Shown piece after piece: positions 39,680 through 51,849 of a stretch of DNA of 64,000 nt. The notes under the pieces were generated by a model. The model saw nothing but the letters and a program-made list of their open reading frames with translations. It did no database searches and was not told where the DNA came from. The DNA lies in NCBI RefSeq assembly GCF_006345805.1, contig NC_043007.1, forward strand, positions 51,212,001 through 51,276,000, given 5' to 3'. The position numbers were made by a program, and so were the translations under genes. Source of the DNA: Octopus sinensis. Its lineage: Eukaryota. Every line of letters starts with the position of its first letter. Position 1 is the first letter of the stretch.

Positions 39680-40860
39680 ATCTTCAATGACGCTTGAGTT
39701 CCTGTATCCCGCCATTTCCCATGCCCAACTCATGTAGGACATGTAAGTCATTCCCCCAAATAAAGAGACAGTAGGATACCTGCAGCCAGCCATTTAAAAA
39801 AAATCTGGAAAAACCATATCTGTTGCGGCCGATGGGGTCCACAGGGTCAAAATTGCTTTTAACCCTTCCCAATCGACCGCCGACAGTACCCTTACATTTA
39901 AGAGCCTGGGCCCGCTATCCCTCAGTCCCCGTCGGATGGTATCTTCAATCCAACCTGCCTTGGTGCCCGGGGGTAACCCACATACCCAGGCTCTTATTAA
40001 TTTCCTCCCGCAGTACGACGAGAGGAACAGAATTTCGTTGCCCTCCCAGGGCTGACTCGCGAAATTGCGAGCCTTCTCCAGGGTGTCAAACAGCAACCAA
40101 ACGGTTGCATGCTTGACACCGCGGGTATGTATTTCACAGAGGACAAATAGTCTTTCAGTCCATTTTCTATAACTGGTTTTGGGAAGACGGTGATGGTATC
40201 AAGAACTTTAGAATACGTTCTAACCACCACTGTCCTCTCCTCCATATCTTTTAACCATTGTTGGGTGGGACAATCTCCCACTCCAAAGCAGCGGTACAAT
40301 TCTTTATCGCCATGAGGAAGAAAGTTCAAATGTCCACAAAAATAGAAGTACACTAGAGAAAAAAAAGTCCGAACAAAAAGATAGACGGCAAAAAATAAGA
40401 CAAAGAAAACAAAAAGGACGGTTCAAAAAATAGAAGGAAAAATACGGAAGAAATAAAAATATGGTTCCAAATGGCAACCACACAATTCCGGCCACAGGTA
40501 CTCCTGGCTCTCTTCTTTGGCTGGTACTCCGAGCAGGAATCTTAAACCCACAGAAGACGAATCTTCGCCACAATGGGCCACAAAAATTTTCAATGACTGG
40601 AACAAACTACAATTTTGGGGCGGGGATACGCCCCCAACATTTTTTCAACAAGCATAAATCGGAATAGCCGCCGAGAGCAGGCGAAATTGTCCCAGAGCTG
40701 GACGAAATTTACTGAAAAAAATTCCAAAACAATAAATCACGCCCAGCTCAAAACAAACAAAGTCACCTACCTCTACGGATTCTTAATTTTCAGTTTTAGG
40801 ACGGAGCGCACTAGCTCATGTTATCTTTGTTCAAGTGTTGAAGCAAGACATCAACACGCA
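39680..40860 (-). mobile_element. Degraded ORF1-like region and leader, possibly of an L1/Tx1-type LINE
   Basis: Three overlapping minus-strand ORFs (40353-39997, 40096-39794, 39872-39684) of non-repetitive composition that join into one frameshifted protein; clade assignment is an impression only. Confidence 0.4.
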
Positions 40861-41541
40861 TGCGCGGGTAAGCAAGCTACTTACAACACAGCCACTCTTG
40901 CGCTTATATATATATATATATATATATATTACTCTTTTATTTGTTTCAGTCATTTGACTGTGGCCATGCTGGAGCGCCACCTTTAGTCGACCAAATCGAC
41001 CCCAGGACTTATTCTTTGTAAGTCTATTACTTATTCTATCAGGCTCTTTTGCCGAACCGCTAAGTTACGGGGACGTAAACACACCAGCATCGGTTGTCAA
41101 GTAATGCTAGGGGGACAAACACAGACACACAAACATATACACACATGCACACACACACACCACACACCACACAACACACACAACACACACACCCACCACA
41201 CCCACACACACACACACCACACACCACACACACACACACACACATATATATAATATATATATAATATATATACAACAGGCTTCTTTCAGTTTCTGTCTAC
41301 CAAATCCACTCACAAGGTTTTGGTCGGCCCGAGGCTATATTAGAAGACACTTGCCCAAAATGTCACGCAGTGGCACGTTGAGCAACATATATATATATAA
41401 TAATATAATATATATATATATATGGCCTGCTCGCTTAGCCAGCGGGGTGGCGTCATTCGAAGGATAAAACAAAGCGAACGCATTGTGACCAGCGATGTGT
41501 AACTACATCTGATGGACTGGTCGGTCACGTGATCACGTGAT

Positions 41542-41615
<74 letters not shown>

Positions 41616-41814
41616 AGAGTATTGTAGTTCGCTTGAAGCATTGCGTATCGTTTGTGAAATGTAACGTCTTGAATGGCACAACAATGCAGAGTGGACTATA
41701 AGAACTGTTATAATTTAATTATCTATAGTCTGATATATTTCGGAATATAAAAATTCCTTCTTCAGATATCGGTAGGAATTGATCGAGTCACTGCCATAAT
41801 CGGTTTTCCAACGG

Positions 41815-41869
<55 letters not shown>

Positions 41870-41929
41870 TTATATATATATATATATATAATATATATAT
41901 ATATATAATATATATATAATATATATATA

Positions 41930-42255
41930 TATAAAGCTGAAGTTGTCTGTGTGTGGCAGGTTTGGTAGCCTTCAACTAACACTATCTCGTCCGAGACCCT
42001 GCGGCGCAAGTTGACCAAAATTGAGAGTATGATAGAAGGCTTGCTCTTCATTCCGTAGAAGGTGCTTTTTTTCTATGAAAATCCCTATTCTTTACGATTT
42101 TCTGACTGCTGTATCGCCATTTTTCTGTGTATTTCAACCAGAAAAATGTTCCCTTAAAGAGAATAACAAGCTACATAATGCAACATTTTTACTTTTCAAA
42201 AATTATAATTCTGAAGGGTCGAAACAAACCCGAGCAACGCCGGGTGATACTGCTA

Positions 42256-42256
<1 letters not shown>
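41930..42256 (+). mobile_element. Non-autonomous Helitron
   Basis: Starts (TA)nAAAGCTGAAGTTGTCTGTGTG; ends CCCGAGCAACGCCGGGTGATACTG-CTAG. Confidence 0.8.
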
Positions 42257-42318
<62 letters not shown>

Positions 42319-42319
<1 letters not shown>

Positions 42320-42596
42320 GGAGATGTACTTGCATAGCAAGTGATTTGATCTGAGATCGTGTGCTGGAACGAAAACAATTGCAGCGTGGAAGGTGTTTGT
42401 AAGCCATTTAAGAAACACAACAAAAGCCGTTCGATTCACTTCAACATTTAAGTTTAATTTGTCAAAATGCAGCACGGATTTTTGTCAGTGAACATGTCGC
42501 GGTCTTATAGCGACGAAAATATTTTGACAAATTAAACTTAAATGTTGAAGTGAATCGAACGGCTTTTGTGTGTTTCTTAAATGGCTTACAAACATG
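42319..42596 (+). mobile_element. Short PLE-like element with inverted tail and HHR motif
   Basis: 42394-42468 is a near-perfect reverse complement of 42521-42596; the spacer holds the HHR core. Confidence 0.7.
42481..42531 (+). ncRNA. Hammerhead motif, G3-C8 core variant
   Basis: UUUGUCA-GUGAACA-U-GUCGC(GGUCUUAUA)GCGAC-GAAA-AUAU-UU-UGACAAA; 7-bp helix I, 5-bp helix II, palindrome AAUAUU. Confidence 0.65.
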
Positions 42597-42709
42597 TATG
42601 CATGTATATATATATGTATATCTATCTACCTACCTATTTACCTATCTACCTAGCACTCTACATATCTATTCCTTTATATAGGAATTCTCATCCTATATAT
42701 AGGAGGAGA

Positions 42710-44060
42710 ATTCACGAAAAGAACAAAAGACGAAGACAGGTGGTGTAGAAAACAAACAGATGTACTTGTATAACTTGTATAATTTTCAGGAATTGAAAGT
42801 CTTTAACGTTTCGAGCCTACGCTCTTCCACAGATAGGAACACAGAAAGATACAAGGAGAGAAACAATGAGAGAAAAAAATATGTGTAGTGGCAACCGATC
42901 TATCATGGCGAATGCCGGACAGAAGGGTCACTCAGGTGAGCGAAGAAGTAGGGGGGATAACAAAGTAGTAGTGATCCCAAAACGAAGGTGCGCGTGTGTG
43001 TAAGAGAGTACGTATGTGCGTGTGAAAGAGGGCTGGTGATCTTGACGTGTGCGGGTGTGTATGTGTAGGTGTGAAAATGTAGGGATGGGAATTGGTCAGT
43101 GCTGGTGTGTGCGTGATGGTGTGTTGTGATGTGTTGTGTGGTATGGTGTAGTGTGATGTGGTGTGATGTTGTTGGGAGTTGGGGAGGCGAGAGTGGGGAA
43201 AGTACGGGTGGGGTGTGGGTTAGACTAAGGGATGGGTTAAAGTTGGGATATGTGGGTTGGCAGAGGGTAGGGGTAGAGGTAGTGTTTGTGGGTAGGCAGA
43301 GGATGGGGGTAGAGATGGAGTATGTGGGAGAAGGTGTAAGGGATAGGATGGGGTTGGATGGGAAGGATAGGGAAGGTGGCGTAGGAATGTGTAGGGGTGG
43401 GGTGGGCTTATGGGGGAGGGTTGACGATGAAGGGGAAGGGGAAGGTGGTATGAGAGAAAGAGAGTAAGAGAGAAGAAAGAAACAGAGTAGGGTGAAGAGA
43501 AGTAGGAGTCGGAGCAAGAGAGGAGAGATGGGCGGGAGGAAGTAGGAGTGATGGGAGAGAGACAAGGGGAGGAGGTTAGATGAAGAGGGGAGGAGAGTTG
43601 AGCCCATGTAGCACAAAGAAGTGAAGAGAGAAGATTAATCCCTGTTCACGGCGCAAACGTGAGCCTGGGTGTCCTCTGAGCAAGGACAAGTGTTGCAAAG
43701 AGTGACCGGTAGAGCGGAAATGGCGTGAGACCGGGGTGTCATTGCCGAGGCGGATGTCTCGGAGGTGTTCCGCGAACCGGTCAACCAAGTGGCGTCCCGT
43801 TTGTCCGATGTACAGAGAACGGCAGAGAGAGCAAGAGATGCAATAGATGATATTGGTAGAGGTGAAGGTGAAAGAGTCGGTGATGTGATAGGGTCGATGA
43901 TGGATGCCGGTGAGGAGGGTGGTGTTGGAGAGGTAAGGGCAAGTGCCGCAGCGTGGGCGGGAGCAGGGGAACAGCCTTGTACTAGTGTATCCCTATCTCA
44001 CTCCAGTTGTCACCTTCTGAATGTTCCACAGCGTCACTGGTGGGACGGCCGAGATGGGGC
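42710..44060 (-). mobile_element. Penelope-like element 3' part (GIY-YIG, low-complexity UTR, terminal repeat with HHR at 42801-42837)
   Basis: Minus strand LIYCISC..C.SLYIGQTGRHLVDRFAEHLRDIR...PVSRHF...LN; core CUGUGGA. Confidence 0.85.
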
Positions 44061-44622
44061 CCATATTTATTCACAACTGCATAGGTACCTAAAACAATTA
44101 GAAAAAGCATAGTCAATGGTTCAGGCCACATTCACTCGCGAGTGATGGCTGGTTGTAAGACACGATCTCACACACCTCATATAATCTTTTATTTGTTTCA
44201 TTTATTTGACTAAGGGCACCGTTTCGAAGAGTTTTCGACAACCACATCGACTTCGTTATTTATTTTTTAAGTCAATTACATATTTTTATCGATTGCTTAG
44301 TCGAACCGGTATAATAAGAAAGATGAACACGAGAACAGTTTCACAAGAGTTGAGAGCTGAAAGAAAGATGTCTAGGTAGACGCGTGAACACAGAAAGGCC
44401 CCTCGAACACACTTTCATGCGTATGTGTATATGTGTGCGAAGGGGGGAGGATAAAACGTTTTCCTACACACTTTCGGTTCACCAGTTTCACTCATAAGGC
44501 ATTGGTCAACCCAATATAATCGTAGTTGACTTACCAACACCACTCTGTACATGATATTGAACAAAACCTACGTGGCTCGAAAACAAACTTTTCCTTCGTA
44601 CATTCTTGCTTATACAACATCA

Positions 44623-44673
<51 letters not shown>

Positions 44674-45693
44674 ATGTGTGTGTCTGTGTGTCTGTGTGTC
44701 TGTGTGTGTGCGTTCGCGCGCGGTGTTTTCCCCTATATCATGAATTTACATCTAAATCTCCCTGATATTACTTTCGTTACACTATATCATATTTTCAATC
44801 TTGATAAATTATGTAATTTCAGCTGACACTAACATTATATCTTAATATATTAAATATCGCACCGATATATCTACCAGATATTATATAAGATAACATATAT
44901 ATGTATGCGTTTCAGTGAATGTATACATAATGGCGACAACTATTTTTGATATGCATGCGTATATTGCGTTTCTGTGTGTGTGTGTGTGGATATATATATA
45001 TATATACATAATACATACATACATACATACATACATACATACATACGCACATACATATATATGACTTTATATGCGCGCGCGTGTATATCCGAGTATGTGC
45101 GTGTGTAATAGTATATATCCTGATAAAGAATACCGTAGTTATATCTAATATCTTAATACGGTTACACCTCCCCTGTGATTATATCTCTAAATATATTTCA
45201 CTACAGTTAAAATATTTGACATCACACCCATCACCTGATATAACTGGACTGTATTCATCATACATTTCTTCTATAATATTAAGAGAAGTGAAGTTCTGCT
45301 AATTAGATGAGCGTTGTATCCAGGGCTAAGACTCTAGTCAGTACCCTACAAAACTCACCAAACCACCAAGCTACTTACATACGGCTTGTTTTGGGCGTGT
45401 AAACTAGACGAAACCCACCCCACTCCATATTTAACCACAGCTACCGATTCATTACATCTTACTTGACCTTCATTGGAGCTGAACACCAGGACGTTAGAAT
45501 TCGATCTGGGAAATATTTCCATTCTAGACTGATAACTTTGTCATGAAAGTCATCTGTCTAGTGGGGCTGTGTTCATTTATGTGTGTTTTCTTTTATTTAT
45601 TTTTTTGCCCCAGTTGAAGCGGTTTAAGTGGGTACGACATTTAGAGCTACATGTAAAACATTAAGATGTACTACCTCTACCCAAAATATTCTT

Positions 45694-45755
<62 letters not shown>

Positions 45756-46542
45756 ACAGACACATACATGTGCAAACAGGTAGGAGAAAATAGCAGTCAT
45801 ATAGCAGTCAAATAGTTGTATTGAAGCTGAAAAATTAAAAAAAACTTCACAAATATCTAGCTGATGATCGGTTACCTGAAACTCTGTTTAACAGTTAAAG
45901 ATATTTTTTTTAACATTAGATATCATCATTCGTGTATGCGTGCGCGCGCTCGCGTGTGTGTGTGTGTGTGCTACAATGTTTTGCTGTTCTTACATGCTCA
46001 CACATGTAAGAACATGGTCATACTGTTATCACCACCACCACCACCACCACAACCACCACCACTCTAATCATGCCACTTTATCACCTGATGTGTGGAAGAT
46101 GAGAATATTTTGTGTGTGGAGCTGTGCGGTTCAGGTAAAGAAAGACGTATCAGAGTTCTGGTCGATACACATTAATATCAATTCCGATATTCAACCACGC
46201 CCAATATCTATAAATCCTACAACTATTCCCATTTTTTAAACGTTCCCTCCTCCTGCTTCTTTCTCTCTTTATTTCTATTTCTACTTCATTCATGATACAT
46301 CCACTGCGCCCACCTCCCATTGTTATTTTTGTTGTCGTCGTCGTCGTTGTATCGGAACGAAAGTGACGATCTACTGACCTGCTGTCGACACCAACCAAGG
46401 GAGCTAAAGCTGTCTTCATCATCTAAGTATCAACTTCAACTGAACATTGTGTCAAAACTGAGAGAAAGGAAAGAAATACTGGAAGACCGTGCCCCAACTA
46501 ATCAGATTGGATTTACAGCTTTAAACCACACTTACCATTCCT

Positions 46543-46591
<49 letters not shown>

Positions 46592-46799
46592 AACAAACAA
46601 ACATACACACATACGCTCGCGCGTACACACACATGCACACATGCACATTATTCTATCTCTTGGTTCTTGTAGTCTATTTGTTTTTTTGTATCTCTGCCTT
46701 TTTTTTACTTGTAGTGGACCTGAGCACTGTATACAACAATTTCCTTCACTATATGATAGTTGTATGGGTACTTATGTATGTATCTGTGTATATATATAT

Positions 46800-46913
<114 letters not shown>

Positions 46914-47379
46914 CTTATATATATATGTCTATTTGTATGTATATAGATAAATATTGATGAGAATCATTTACTCCCCTCTCTACACAAACGCGCGCGCGCA
47001 CATAGACATTCAATTCATACATGCGTATGTGCGCGCGCGTGGGTAGGTATGTGTGAAAAACCCTGTCTTTCTCGCTCTCTTACGTCTTTCTCTCATACAT
47101 CTTCTTCCTTCCCTCTTTCACTCTCTCTTTCTCACCTGCCTTTCTTTTTCTTTTATCAGTTTCACACAACTCATTACCTGTGGGACCATCCAACCAAATT
47201 TGTTCTCTTTCAAGTAATCTTTGGCTGTATGTATGCTTGAACAAGACTAATCCGAGGTTAAACAACTACCACAGTTGCATCAAATGGCATTTGGCTCGGA
47301 GGGTAGGGGATAGCTACTGGAAAGGTGGCTTCAACAGAAATCCATTGTCTGAACAGGGGTGTCATGCTCCAATCACTCA

Positions 47380-47580
47380 TCTTCGTCTGTTTGTCTGTGT
47401 TTGCAAAATTATTGGAAAACGGCTTTACGGATTTTCACCAAATTTGGCAAAACTACTCATACGGTGAGTGGCTCGAAAATTTAGTTTGATTATCTTGAAA
47501 ACTGGCGGACTGGTGAATCAAAATGTATTGACTTTTTTTGACAAAGAATTTATGTGCACGCAGGGTATGCATCGTTTTAG
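47380..47580 (+). mobile_element. Helitron-like remnant
   Basis: GTCTGTTTGTCTGTG...CGGATTTTCACCAAATTTGG pattern typical of such non-autonomous elements; termini degenerate. Confidence 0.4.
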
Positions 47581-48234
47581 CATATTCTCAGCACAAAATT
47601 CTATTACTAGCACATAAAAAGATGTATCATGTCTATTAACTATCATTTATCTCTCGCCAGATGAAGTACTATATATATATATCATTTTATTCGAACCTCG
47701 CTTATGTGTGTATAGATCATGCACGAAGAGACGTGTGGATACATACATACATATATACAAACATGAACACATACATAGATATGCGACTCTAAATAGTTTT
47801 TTTTTAATCGAACTTATTTTAAAATCGAACATATAATTTATATCCTACAACGAATTACAGTAGTTTAATTCGCCTACCATCACTGAAAGACGTTGAAAAC
47901 ACTTCTCAAATTCTATGCAATATTCTTTATAAGTATTTCATTTTGCTCACTTTCTTTTTCATAATAATTATTATTTGAATAATCATTTATTTAGTCATAT
48001 GCAATTTCCCTCATATGCGTTTGGCTTAGACATCGATCAAGTCTACTTTTAGCTGTCATCTACTTAAGTTTCTTATTCTCTTTTAGTCAAACACTTACAA
48101 AGCGTAATTCAATTCTATTAAAAAGCTTGGGTAACCAACGCATTGAAAGCCACAACAATTTGCGAAAAAAACTATCTGCGCGCAAGCTATACATCGCCCC
48201 TCCGATGCCTTTTTTTTTTTATTGTTGCTGTGGT

Positions 48235-49310
48235 AAAACGACGAACTGGTAGAAGCGTAAGCACGCCGGGAAAAATGCTCAGTGGTATTTTGCCGGTCTA
48301 TCGCTCTGAGTTTAAATTCCACCGAGGTTGATTTTACCTCCATCATATTGGGGTCGATGAAATAGGTACTATTTGAGCATTGGAGTCAATGTAATCGACT
48401 TACCCACTTCCCTGAAGTTGCTAGCCTTGTGTCAAAATTTGAAACAAATTTTGCTTCTGTTATTGACTGAGCAAACTTGTGATCAAAAACACAATCATCC
48501 CGTTTATCTTTTTCAGGCATTGTGTGTCTAAGACTACCACCAGCAGCACGTACTTTTATTTGAGAGAAAGAAAAGGCATAAACAATTTGAGAGAAAGAGA
48601 AAGAAAGACGGAAGGTAAGTGAGGGTGATTTGGCTGTTATTCCTCATATGGAATCACTGCTCCCTCGTTGCTTCTCTGAGAACCTTATAATTGTTAAAGG
48701 GCGAAGGGCAATTTATGCGTGATTGTTTCCTAAATCCTTCTCTACAAAATTGTCGCCTTTCTCAGAAGCTGTCCCCTCTTTCCTCTCTCTTTCAGACAGC
48801 CATCTATGCTGTCTCTGTTATATCCCACCAATTGATGACTCATAATATAGTCATCCTAATAAAGGCGGCAAGCTGGTAGAATCGTTACTGCGTTGAGCAA
48901 AATGCTTAGCGGCGTTTCGTCTGTCCTTATGTTTTGAGTTCAGTTTCCACCGAGGTCGACTTTGCTTTTCACCCTTTCACTGGGGTCGATGTAATCGACT
49001 TATACTCTTCTCGAAATTACTGGTCTTGTGTCAAAATTTGAAACCAAACATCATCACTAATATCAGTAACTACCAAAATCCTAATCCTTCTTCTCAATCT
49101 TTTCTACTCTAGGCACAAGGCCCGAAATTTTGGGGGAGGAGCCAGTCGATTAGATCGACCCCAGTACGCAACTGGTACCTAATTTATCGACCCCGAAAGG
49201 ATGAAAGACAAAGTCGACCTCGGCGGAATTTGAACTCAGAACGTAAAGACAGACGAAATACCGCTAAGCACTTCGCCCGACGCGCTAACGTTTCTGCCAG
49301 CTAGCCACCT
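48235..49310. mobile_element. Three SINE family A copies (48235-48450 +, 48865-49050 +, 49100-49310 -); more at 60420-60530 and 62560-62665
   Basis: Homology to other family A copies. Confidence 0.85.
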
Positions 49311-50799
49311 TCCTCTCAATCTTATTACCCCTACACAGACACACCAACACTAATAATGAAATTACACTCATCAGTCTTAAAGTAGAAAGAAGTTTATTGG
49401 CTAGTATTGTCTTACATATGCTGTTCGGGAATAAGCCTGGATATTCAGGGCTGTTACGCCTTTGCACATGGCTGCGCTTAGTCACTACTTACCAGGCGTT
49501 ATTCAGCTTCTACTACAGCACAGCAACTTCCTACACTACAAACGCACCCAACTTTAACATCAACACTAATAAGCTAAATATGTGGGTTTGACCATCACCA
49601 CCACACCATCGCAATTACACCTCTAGTACCAACATAAGGCTACCGCCACCACCACCACAATCACCATCATCATCATCAGTACTATCATCCCCACCACCAT
49701 TAATACTATCACTACCAATACGACGACCACCACTAATTTCTCGTCTTACAGAATTGCTTAGAACACAGTTAATTATTAATCTATCTCATTCCCTCATACC
49801 TGCTCTCTGAACCAATATTATTACGCCATTGCACGTAACATGCATTTAATAAAGCTCTGTACATTGTCCATTGTTGTGTGACCACTGCACCTTCTCAGAC
49901 GGATATGTTACAGCGTTAATCGGACGCTCACCTCCCAATGTCTGGATAGATTACGACTTTAAATTGTAACCTAAGAACGGCTATCAATGCCGAGCATTTT
50001 AGCAGGCGAATGTAACATGAGACTTACGTATATATCTTTGACTTGTTTCAGTCATTAGACAGCAGCCATACTGGGACACCGCCTTGAAGAATTTTCAGTC
50101 GAACGAAATGATCCCAGTACTTTTCTTTTAAGCCTAGCACAGGGACGTAAACGCACCAATACCGGTTGTAAAGCGCTGGTGAGAAACACAATACAGACAC
50201 ACACACGCATGCGTGCGCGTGCGTGCACACACACATACACAAACACATATATAAGTAGTAATTTCAAATTTGAATATACGCCTTGTAATATATTTAAAGC
50301 CCATTCACTGCATTCGGCTACCCAATGTTATCAACAGTATAAATGTAAATGCCACTGGATTTATTTCAGGAATCTCTTCGTGTAGAGTTTATAAGATATG
50401 AAAGAAAGAAAATGAAGTTCATGAGATTCTTTATTATTCACTACGATCTTTTTAACCTATTGTGCAACGGTGCCTCGCGTACAAACAGTTGTGGAGCATC
50501 AAAGCACCACGTTTCTTAATCTCCGTTTCGCTGATTTCGATTAGAATACATTTTGGTAGTTGTAGTTCGCTATTCGACTACACGGGAAACTTGGGTTATA
50601 GTGAAGAACACTTCTCGTATAAGTAATAAAGTGACTTACAAAAAACGAAAAATAAAATAAATATATAAATAAACATGTAAATCAAATAATATGCTTAACA
50701 CTGATAATGAAAACCGTTAAATAAAAACCATTAAACAATCATGGAGAGAACGAAAAGTAAAACGCAAGAAACAATTGGACATTCAAAATTACCCTAAGC

Positions 50800-51119
50800 G
50801 ACCTTTACAGTTTCACGAAGTAAAAGGTGTTACCATGGAGAATGGCCAGCGACACCAGCTGCAACATCCACTGCACCTTGCGGGTCTCATTTCTCAGACG
50901 GGCTACAATTATCCTGATTTTGCAGAGGATATCAGCAGTACGGGGTCCGAGAACACCTGATGTCTTAACGATGACCGGCACGAACTGATAGCAGCCGGTC
51001 AGGCTCCTCTATTTGTTTATCTTCTCCTCTACATTACAGGCGACGGCACCCGGGTTTGCGGCCGATGAAGCAAGGTTGGAGCCGGAGAACTTTCTGCAGT
51101 ACGTCGAGTGGGTTTACCA
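50800..51119 (-). mobile_element. CRE-type non-LTR retrotransposon RLE fragment
   Basis: Minus strand ASSAANPGAVACNVEEKINK*RSLTGCYQFVPVIVKTSGVLGPRTADIL...WMLQLVSLAILHGN resembles the CRE RLE C-terminus; DGKHPD motif in the sister copy at 52133-52277. Confidence 0.7.
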
Positions 51120-51331
51120 CAAGACAGGTGGAAAAAATTTTTAGTTAGAGCACTTTCTTCCCTTCTTCAACCTAGGAGTCTGAGCAATGTCCTATTTGTG
51201 TCACACACAATAGGTGAAAAAGGGCGGAAAGTCCTCTAACTGTTACAATTCCTCACACTTTCTTATGTCAAAATCATATGGGCGCACGCGGGCGCGCGTG
51301 TGTGTGTGCATAAAATTACATATGTTCATAT

Positions 51332-51790
51332 ACGAGGTAGTATCACAAGGTTCCCGGACTAGCTATGTTTAAGTAAGAATAACTTATTTATCTAAGTTTT
51401 AACGTCATCTCATTCGAAATAGCAATACACCGGCCCCAGCTTTCCTGCCACTTTTGGAATCCGGCCTGGGATTCGTTTTCCGTAAGTGAGTGGAGGACCT
51501 TCCGCAATTCACTCTGGATTTCGACAACGATGTTAAAATGGCGGCCTTTGTGCTACCTTTTTTTATCTTGGGGAAGAGAAGGAAACCCGCAGGTGCTAAA
51601 TCTAGCGAATAGGGTGGGTGCGGAAGCGATACCATGTTTTTTTTAGCGAGATACTCGCGAGTGAGCTGAGCTCGGTGACAGGATGCATTGTCGTTGTAAA
51701 GAATCCAATTCTTCGCGCTCCACAAATCCGGTCGCTGTCGCCGAATGCCCTCCCTCGAACGCTTCAAATCGTCACAGTAGAACTCTCGAC
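51332..51790 (-). mobile_element. Mariner remnant (one TIR plus transposase C-terminus)
   Basis: TA-CGAGGTAGTATCACAAGGTTCCCGGACT end; WILYNDNASCH...HPPYSLDLAP..FLLFPKIK. Confidence 0.85.
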
Positions 51791-51849
51791 TCTCGACGGT
51801 CTATGCACAATACCACGAATGTAGAAAAAACCATGAGCATATAGAAAAA

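Noticed and set aside
44205-44260. Minus-strand TCGA...CTTCGAAACGG motif
   Set aside because: Could not build consistent helices I-III
46150-46500. Candidate minus-strand exon after a pyrimidine tract and CAG near 46450
   Set aside because: All frames hit stops shortly after the acceptor and no recognisable protein results
49800-49997. Possible solo LTR (AATAAA, ends TGTAACA)
   Set aside because: No matching 5' TG boundary, TSD or second copy is visible
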